Assembly (NCBI GenBank): GCA_964016885.1
Contig: OZ024743.1
Span: 227,354,001-227,418,000, forward strand
Length of the DNA: 64,000 nucleotides
Origin: Eledone cirrhosa
Lineage: Eukaryota
Reading direction: 5' to 3'
Shown: positions 55,198 to 64,000 of the stretch, piece after piece
Numbering within the stretch: the stretch's first letter is position 1
How the letters are laid out: each line of letters opens with the position of its first letter
Program-made: the position numbers and the translations under genes
Notes under the pieces: model-generated
Told to the model about the DNA's origin: nothing
Seen by the model: only the letters and a program-made list of their open reading frames with translations
Database searches by the model: none

Positions 55198-55819
55198 GCT
55201 TCCCTAGAGCTATTAGTAATATTTAGGGTCGACTTCTGTTCATTATTAAAAGTCTCTGGATTTCGCAAAATACATACATTTTTTTTATTGGGGACGGTAA
55301 AATATTTTCCCTGTAAAAATTTGATTGCACTGTTTTGTTTCCACTTACGTATTTTTCGAAAATGTTATTTATTCATTATAAAAATTAAATGATAGCATTC
55401 TATATGTAGGTGGGCCCACTTCATCTCCTGGCAACCAATATTTTAGACCCAGTCCGCCATTGGTCACAGCTATAAATTCCTCAAGTTAGTTATGAAGTTT
55501 CTTGCTAGTCATTCGACCTTGAAAACGCGCTGTAAAATCTTTTTCAAATAACGTCTGTTCCTCACACATAACGCCTTTTAAACGGAAGTGTGTATTCGAT
55601 AATACAGCCCTTGATTTATCTACACCCACTGGATGCTCATGGCGGAAATACATTTGATCATAGGTCTCCAAACACTCATCAATCAACACCCTTCAAACAC
55701 ACACATGCACATACACTGACCAATAACACACTCACACATGCGCACACATATTTTTATATATTTGAGTGTTTGAGTATGAGAAAATAATAGAGTAAGCGAT
55801 AGATTAACATACAGATATA

Positions 55820-56322
55820 CAAATAAGAAAAAGTTTCAAAATAAATTTCAAAAATTCACTGTACTTACTATGGTTACCTTTACCGAATCGGTTTCGAGTC
55901 TCAAAAATAAATGGATAGTCCTTGCGGGCTTCCATTGAAAAGATAAACTCTCGTCAGAAGGTTCTTTTCACTCGGAGAATATAAAATTCGAGTTCAAATT
56001 ACGAACTGGCGCTATTCAAAATTGTTCCCGAATGAGAATGAATGATGTGGAAGCAATTCTGTCCAGTGCCGTGTGCAAAGATAGAAGGCAGAGGCAGGGA
56101 GGTCAATCTACTACCACTTTAAATAGCAGCAGTCAAAACGACCAAAATTCATCTCGACCAAGAGGAGATTAATAATAATAAAGTATATATCCCTACACGC
56201 AAAAAGCGTATAGGGACACATGTATTGTCCAACCATATGCAAATGTGGTTCAATGGCAGGTTAATAAATTAACGAGCCAGAACATATATAAGCAAGGTTT
56301 AGCAAATAAGAAAAAGTTTCAA
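55820..56322 (-). mobile_element. Family A: one diverged 483-bp monomer with 20-bp terminal redundancy
   Basis: CAAATAAGAAAAAGTTTCAA at 55820-55839 and 56303-56322. Collinear with the 41861-42341 unit but starting at a different point. Confidence 0.88.
55876..55962 (-). ncRNA. Type-I hammerhead, intact (family A variant)
   Basis: rc ACCTT-CTGACGA-GAGTTT...AGACTC-GAAA-CCGATTCGG-TA-AAGGT; compensatory A-U to G-C change in stem II. Confidence 0.88.
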
Positions 56323-56333
56323 TATATATATAT

Positions 56334-56557
<224 letters not shown>

Positions 56558-56559
56558 TA

Positions 56560-58335
56560 TACTTTTTTAGTAGCCACAAGGGCGCACAAGAAAAGGGGAC
56601 AATACAGAGACATGCCGGGGATTTTACATACAGTCGTGTAAAAAATATAAAAACAAACAATTATAAAAATTGAAATCCCCAATAGGGTGGAGGCGCCACA
56701 AAATGGGTTGTTTAATACCCCGTAGATAGAACAACCCTCAACTTCAGGAGCACGTTGTGCAAGTGTTCCTTTCTTCCTTTTGCTCTCTTCTTCAACCTAC
56801 AGGTTTATAAACAGAGAAGGCCCAATCACTCGGGCCATTTTTTCAACATTCACCCACCTTTCAGTAAATTTACTGGGGTGCAGTGCCTCTCTCTCCACTC
56901 TGATTCTCCTTCTAAAGTGGTACCTAAAGAAGAGAATGAGTCCGGAGAGAGAAGCATCTGTCCTCAGTCCTCTCAATCTCGTCCACCATATAACCTCTTT
57001 CACCATAGCCACTATACAGAGCAAAACCGCCCCTCTTTCGTTTTTGAAAGAAGTTGGCGGTTTGATCCTTACTATAGACTCGGCAGTCAACTAGATTTGT
57101 CCCATACGCGACAGCAGTTGTTCTGCGTAGTTCCACAGGCTGGTTACGCCCGGGCAGTGTACAATTGCGTGCAAGACAGTTTCAATGTCCTACCCGCATC
57201 TTGGACACGTCCTCTTGGAAAGATCCCAGTCGGAACGTCCGTGCCTGTAGATCTTGTCACGAACTGGTAGAGCTCCTCGGTAGCCCTGCCAGGCCAGGGA
57301 CCTCTGGAAGTTGTCCATAGGTCCCGGACGGAAAGTCCGACCAAACAGACTGGTGAGTTCGTCGTCTTCGACATCTAGAGTCTCTCCGAGCAGGTCGCCG
57401 CCCTTGTGACGTACTTACCCTCCATAGAATGTCGAAGTGGAGTTTCCACTGATTGCTGAGCCCGCTTGACAGAGGATTGTGAGCGCTTGAGCGCATTCAA
57501 TGTGCCAGGCGCCCATCTTCTTAGGTCTCCGCTTGACCCAGGACTGCAGCTCCGTCAGCGAGACAAGTTGCGTGCGGGAAAGCCTGTCTCACAAACCGGT
57601 TGGGGGTCGGTGAGGAATACCTGTAGATGCTGTAGCCTCAGCGCATGTTTGCGCATCATCAGCCACGTTATTCCCAGCCCTCCGTTGGAAGGGTGCTGAC
57701 AGCAGACGGATCTCCTCACCAGTGGCGCCTGCTTCTTCCAAAGGAACTGGAAGAGCATGCGTTCCATCTTGGTGAGGTGTTCACGGGGACAAGGTATGAC
57801 GGTCAAGTAGTAGATGACGGACGCTATGAAAATGTTCGCCACCTCCGCTCGACCTTTCAAGGATAGTTTGCACTCTGCCCACTTCTGGGTGAGAGCAAGC
57901 ACCTTGGCCGTGACCTCGTTCCAGTTTTTCTCCACCTGGAGGTCCGGACCGAACCAGACCCCGAGCAATTTCACCGGTCCGTCCGTTCAGCCTCCGACTA
58001 CGCTGTTGGACGGCATCGGTTTTCCTCTCCACATTCCGAGTTGTAAACCGACAGACTTGTCCGGGTTCAGTTTTGCTCCTGTGAAACTTTCGTATTCCTG
58101 CAGTAAGTTGCGATCGCCCCGATTTCCGAGGTTTCCGACAACATTACTCTCACGCCGTCGTCAAAAGCCGACGCCGCTTTCCGCAGTCCCGGTTCCAACG
58201 GGATGCCCTGCAGCAGCTCCAACTTTCGCAGTAGTGCTCTAGAGTCAGTACGTACAGAATGGAGGAGTGAGGTCATCCCTGTCGGACGGAACGCGTGATT
58301 GCGAACGGCTCCGATCCGTAGCCATTCACCTTGAC
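56560..58335 (-). mobile_element. Tx1/L1-clade LINE 3' fragment, internally deleted
   Basis: KLLGVWFG, LSLKGRAEVANIFIASVIYY, FQFLWK...CQHPSNGGLG, a C-terminal Cys region and a 3' UTR abutting (GA)n/(GATA). Confidence 0.88.
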
Positions 58336-58349
58336 CATCGATAAATAGA

Positions 58350-59528
58350 TATGTTTCTTTATTAGACACAGGGGCACAAAAGAAGAGGACAAATACAAAG
58401 GGGGAAGTTTACATACAAGAAAAGCGTGTAAAATGTTATCACAAATGCAATTTAAAAAATTAGTCGATTTTCCCCAATAGGGGGAGACAGTTTATATGGG
58501 TAACACATACCCCCGAAAAATTGTGCAACCCTCAACTCCAGGAGTACGAAGAGTTTGTACTCCTTTCCTCTCCTCCTCCTTTTCCTTAACCTACATTCTC
58601 GCCCCTTTCACCCACCTTTCATAAAACTTGCTGGGATACAGCACCTCTCTCTCCATCTTGATTCTTCTTCCAAAGTGGTATTTGAAAAAAAGAATCAGTT
58701 GTTGGCCGGAGAGAAAGGTGTCTGACCTCAGCCTTTCAACCTTGTCCACCATACAACCTCTTTCGCCATAGCTATCACACAAAGGAAAACCGCCTCTCCT
58801 TCGTTTTTGTAGGAGGGTGGCGGTTTGATCATGACAATGGACTCGATGGTCAACCGGATTGGTCCCACCCACGACAATAATCGTTCTACATAGCCCCACA
58901 GGTCAGTGACGCCCGGGCAGTGGATGAATGCATGCTCGACGGTTTCTTCGTCTCGCACGTACCTCGGACATATCTTTTTTGCAGGGTCCCTTCCCGGTCG
59001 CCCATGTCTGTAGAGCTTGTCTCGAACTGGTAGAGCTCCTCGGTAGCACTGCCAAACCAGGGACTTTTGGAAGTTGTCCATCGGTCCCGGGCGGAAGGTC
59101 CTACCGAACAGACTGGCCAGTTCATCTTCCTCTACGCCTAGAGTTTCACCGAGCGCGTCGTCGCACTTGCTGCGGATCAACTCTCTATAGAATGACGAAG
59201 TGGAGTCTCCACTGATCGCCGGGTCCGCCTGCCAGAGGGTTGTGAGCGCCTGAGCACATTCGATGTGCCAGTCGCCCATTTTCCTCGGTCCTTGCTTGAC
59301 CCAGGACTGCAGCTCGGTCAGCGAGACGAGTCGTGGGAAGGGTCGCCTCACGAACGGGGCCCACACCGGTTGTCCGGTGAGGAATACGTAGAGATGCCGC
59401 AGCCTGAGCGCGTGTTTGCGCATCGTCAGCCACGGCATCCCCAGTCCTCCGTTAGAAGGGTGTTGGCAGCAGATGGATCTTCTCACCAAAGGAGCCCGCC
59501 TCTTCCAAAGGAATTGGAAGAGGCGCAT
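58350..59528 (-). mobile_element. Second Tx1/L1-clade LINE 3' fragment
   Basis: ORF 58728-59528: LFQFLWK...NGGLGMP...ALPVRDKL...CPRY...ETVEHAFIHCP; a diverged paralogue of the adjacent copy. Confidence 0.9.
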
Positions 59529-60429
59529 CGATAGATAGATAGATAGATAGGCATACAGGTAGACAGACAGACGGATAGATAGATTGATAGATAAATGGGT
59601 AGACAGAGAGATAAAAAGAATGATAGATAGATTGATGGGAAAATAGAGATATGGAAATATAGATATAGATAACTAGGTAAATAAATAGAGAGACAGACAG
59701 ATAGACAGCTAGCTAGATGGATGGAAAAATAGATAGATATATTGACTGACTGATAGACACCTAGATAGATAGTTAGATAAGTAGATAGATCGATACTTTA
59801 TGAATGACAACTGACAACAGTCATCAAACTGGCACACACTCTAACGGCTAAATTGACATCAATTCATATGTATATGAATTAATGTTGGCTGACTAACAAC
59901 TGTTAGACAGATTTAAATATATTTATATGCGTGAGTGTGTACGGGTGTATATACATATATAAATGTGTGTGTATGTGTGTATGTGTGTGTACGGGTTTAT
60001 ATGCGTATACAAATATGTGTGAGTGTGCGTGACGGATGTGTGTGAAGGTCTGTCTATATACATATACTATGGACTTTCGCATTATTTTCGTTTACAAAAT
60101 TTGACACAGTGTATTGCTTTATACACATAAGTCTATAATACAGAACGCCTGTACAATGTGCCACGCATTGCAATCAGACTCCGCCAGTTTATAAACAATC
60201 AAGGAGGGTCAGTTAATATAACTAACAATGTTTCATAGTTGAACACTGACTGACAAGCAGTCACCGAAACATCAGAATGTCTGGAGAGACAACTTGTGAA
60301 TGCTTCCCCGCTTGTTTAATTGACAAACATAAATCCAAAATATTGGCTGCCCAAATTGTTGTGCAATCAATGATTAAATATATATATATATATATCGCTT
60401 GGGTGAACAGACAAATTTTACTGGCTGGG

Positions 60430-60519
<90 letters not shown>

Positions 60520-60534
60520 GATATAGATATATAG

Positions 60535-61290
60535 AAGAGTAAGTTAAGTGGAAATATCCAAGAGTAAAAGCACTCACTCCATAGGACGAGTTTAGTATAA
60601 ATAATTACAACAGTGACATAAACAGGTACTCAAGTTTCGTTGGGTTCTGGGTCTCAATTTCTTCAGCCTGTCATGAGAAAAATGGAAAACAAAGATGGCC
60701 GCCTATGGTTAATTGTGCTTTCCCTTTTGGGATATAACAAGAGCGTTCACTCAGGGGCAGGCAATTTAGAAAAAGTATAGAAAAGAAGGGGTTATTTAAA
60801 GAAAAAGATTAAGATCTACGGGAGGTAATTCTTGAGAGACCACAGTCAATTCAGAATGGAAATAGAAGCACAATAATTTCTTCTAGTTGACTCCAGAGAT
60901 CACATTTCACTGAAATACAATATAGTCAGTAACTCGAAAGATACTTCTGGACCTGTTAGTCAGGCCTAAGCCATTTATTTCAAATTTATTTCTTCTCATG
61001 GGGGCAACCGCCAAAGCAATCGGGTCGTGTGTTGAGGCAGTGCTTATCCGAAGCTAATTGTGAGAGTATCCACCATATTTCGGAATTACAAAACCGACAA
61101 AATTTCTACCCATTTACGAAGATGATAGATCTTTCCAAAATACGCCATTTGATGGAAAATTGCTCTTAAAGTCCCACACGTGGTGTGCAAGCTGGGTGGT
61201 ATGCTTTTTATCAGGATATCTGAATGTTGTTTCGTGATTCCGGAACCGGTTTTTAAACCGGGTCTCGGACATACCAACATAGGTCCAGGC
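60535..61290 (-). mobile_element. PLE (Naiad-like) 3' remnant, not represented in the ORF track in its coding frame
   Basis: Manual minus-strand translation from ~61282: YVGMSETRFKNRFRNHETTF...HTTQLAHHVWDFK..IKWRILE..CRFCNSE..CLNTRPDCFGGCPH (frameshifted). Confidence 0.78.
60622..60671 (-). ncRNA. Type-I hammerhead motif in the PLE 3' region
   Basis: rc ACAGG-CTGAAGA-aaTTGag...ccCAAc-GAAA-CTTGAG-TA-CCTGT; stem II is degenerate. Confidence 0.65.
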
Positions 61291-62772
61291 TTCAGCCTAT
61301 GACGCGTTGGTATTTAGGCTGCGCCCCGCGGTCAAGACCACGAAAGCATTCCTGCGGACAACGGCCACAACACCCGCTGCAACAGCCACCCCACTTCGTG
61401 GAGCTCTTTCCTCGGACGGGCTGAAGCGCATTTTGAACTCAGAAGGCAAAGAGCCGGAACGAACAACTGAAATCATATTATCGAAGTTCTGCCGACTTCT
61501 TCAATTCGCTGTCTCTTACGAATATCAAATATACACTTTGTATCTATAATCGATTGAAAGTTCCATTTCGTTTCATAATTTATCAGTCAAGTCTTTTTCG
61601 ATGTGTAATAGATTATAAATTAGATTTCTTTCTATAGCTGAAATTTTACATATTTAAACCTTAGCAGAATAATATTATAGATGTTCTTAATACTTTAAGC
61701 TTCCACCACTTACGTTTTATATTGTAGACACTTTCGCATACGCGTATTTGTGTGCATATATATATATATATATAGTGTGTGCGTGTGTGTGTGGAGGGGA
61801 GGGGGGCGGGGTGAGTACAAATGAGTGTTTATATATATAGTGTGTGAGTATAAGTGAGAGTTTATATATATTACATGTATGTGTGAGTGTGTATGTGTAT
61901 GTGTGCTGTAGTATTGGGTTCCGATAATTTGTATCCAATTTATCACTGAATTAGTATTTTGTCATTGTAATTGGTATTTAACCTTTTCATAACAAATCGT
62001 TCTCACGATTCCTCTATATAGAACAAAAACGTTTTTACGGAGTTCAAAACGATTAACAATTCTACTTTCTATATTAACTAAAATCTCGTCAAGAATATTC
62101 AAATTTCTACTTTCTACTTTCTATGTTAACTAAAATCTCGTCTTCACGGACAAGAATATTATAATGAATGAATTACATATTTAGACTTCCAGTATTAAAC
62201 AATATTAGACATAAATACCAACAATAGTTTGGACATTATACGCCCTTAGACTGTAGTTTGTAATGAGAAACAATATTTTATATAGAAATGCAATCTAGTG
62301 GTAAGAAACTTCAGGCCTGCCATCCTCTAAAAACCCCAAGGGGGAGTACGATGAAAAAGAGTGCCCTAAAACTGGGAGAAATGAGGCAAAATTGGTTGGG
62401 AGATCTCCCCGTCAGACGGGGAAAGTTGACAGGTCTCAAATGTTCAGAAAGCTGGACAGAAAAAAGTCGCCAGAGAAGAAATCTACCCCAAGCTAGTGTT
62501 TCGGTCCTAAACTTGTTATACTCTTAGGGAAAATTTTAGTGAATAAAGAAATCGTTAATGATTGGCTCGTCTCGAATTATATTCCTTCAGTGTATAAGAG
62601 GAGCATCTTCTGAAACTTTTTGCGGATGAAGAAAGGTTGCTACGAATTATGGGGTACGCACCTCCTCGACTAAGAGGTAACCAACTTCAATAATGGTAGT
62701 AACATATACTGTGCTCCAACTCACTTTGAAAAGCATTACGCTAGCTACCAGCTATTATTACTACCAAAAGAA

Positions 62773-62995
62773 GGGCGGTGGATTGGCAGTATCAGAAGAA
62801 CGTCGGACAACATGTCCTGCGGTTCATAGTTACCTCCCCATAAGTTCTGAGTTCAAATCCCCACCGCTTCATGTTAGCTCTGCTTTTCATCCTTATAGTG
62901 TCGATACACTAAAGTACCAGTAATTCACTGTGGTCAATTTAATCGACTATCCCCTTTCCTTCAAATTGCTGACATTGGGTCAAATGTAGCAACAA
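62773..62995 (+). mobile_element. tRNA-derived SINE, longer-tail variant
   Basis: GGGCGGTGGATTGGCAGTATCAG...GAGTTCAAATCC...TTTCATCCTTATAGTGTCGAT...AAGTACCAG. Confidence 0.75.
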
Positions 62996-63877
62996 TTGTA
63001 ACTTTGACAAGAAGTTCTCCACCGCATACATCTCATTGTGTGAAGGTACGACTAATTTTGGTCTATGCCAATCGTTACTCAGCATGCATATCATTGAAGA
63101 TTTCCCTCCGATGTGGTGAAGGTGAAACTAATTTTTGATTACGCACCTATTAAATCGGGAAGAAGTTCAGTTTGTTAGTAAGAATGGTTCGATATAGTGC
63201 TTGTTCTTGTAATTCACATTTAATTCTACAATCCATCCAATTGATTGTAACTTTTAAGACATTTAGACCAGATTTCCGTTGTATGAAAAAACAAACACGA
63301 CTTGAACCCACAAACTCCGTATTCCACCTTACCGAGTAGTTCTATTTACTACTGAATTTTTCCAACAATCAGCCATCTTTTTACATCATAACTTTAGTTG
63401 AAGTTCTTCCATTAGGCACTTCCGTGATATTTTCAAGTTCTTACATTATTCTTTTCCCCCGGTTTTCTTGTGTGATTTTTGTGCCAAAAATAAGGCAAAT
63501 TTTTACCACTAATTCTACCTCCATCTCTATTACATCAAGTTCAATGATTATCTACCACGGGTAAATCACATTAATAATCTACAGTATTAACATTTCGTTT
63601 TGAAATAATTTTGTTTAAATTTATATATTTTGCAGTATTTTCTGTAATTTCGCTTTTATTCTTTATCAAATTCAGCTACATTGCGTATTTTTCCAGAATT
63701 ACAAACATATACTTATTGTTAAAGTCAAAATATTCGTTTAAAACTGACGATTAGACGAGGGTGAACCGTATATATATATATACATATGGGGTAGGGGCGG
63801 TTTTAAAAGAAGGAAGGTGATCCACACATGAAGTAAAGAACTCATGTAGTGAATGTACTTTATTTGACTTGAAAGCC

Positions 63878-63921
63878 GTGCTTTCTGACGATTTTATCAC
63901 TAAATGAAACATAACTAGCAC
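63878..63921 (+). ncRNA. Degenerate hammerhead-like motif
   Basis: GTGCT tt CTGACGA tTTTA tcac TAAAt GAAA cataact AGCAC; cleavage triplet not intact. Confidence 0.4.
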
Positions 63922-64000
63922 TGAAAAACTCACCTCTGAACATGTGTGCCTGTGTTTGAATGCATTTGACAGTGGTTAATTTATTCGACTCACGATCGCA

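Larger units (their letters stand above)
53355..55462. mobile_element. Non-autonomous composite hAT element
   Basis: TIRs CAGTGGCGGACTGG (53355) and CCAGTCCGCCATTG (55449-55462). 8-bp TSD GTCACAGC at 53347-53354 and 55463-55470. A second, internal right end lies at ~53935-54145. Confidence 0.88.

Overview
AT-rich, microsatellite-dense eukaryotic DNA, probably octopus judging by its SINE families (recognised from memory, not database-checked). I see no host exon. The window consists of TE debris: a near-complete Tc1/mariner, hAT remnants, a composite hAT unit with an 8-bp TSD, RTE-group and Tx1/L1 LINE remnants, and tRNA-SINEs. The dominant component is Penelope-like-element (PLE) derived sequence sitting in (TA)n tracts. 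Four remnants of PLE GIY-YIG endonuclease are visible. About 14 canonical-order type-I hammerhead ribozyme (HHR) motifs from about 8 families occur, nearly all with a palindromic stem III. Three signals stand out. (1) A family of rearranged, non-circularly permuted hammerheads (7 copies, 3-4 sequence variants) whose six helices are kept with compensatory changes. (2) A non-coding 481-483-bp HHR monomer integrated in different circular permutations, resembling a retrozyme/circRNA. (3) About 16 fold-back or inverted duplications; wherever polarity can be read, the 3' ends point outward. All RNA structures were paired by eye and activity is untested.
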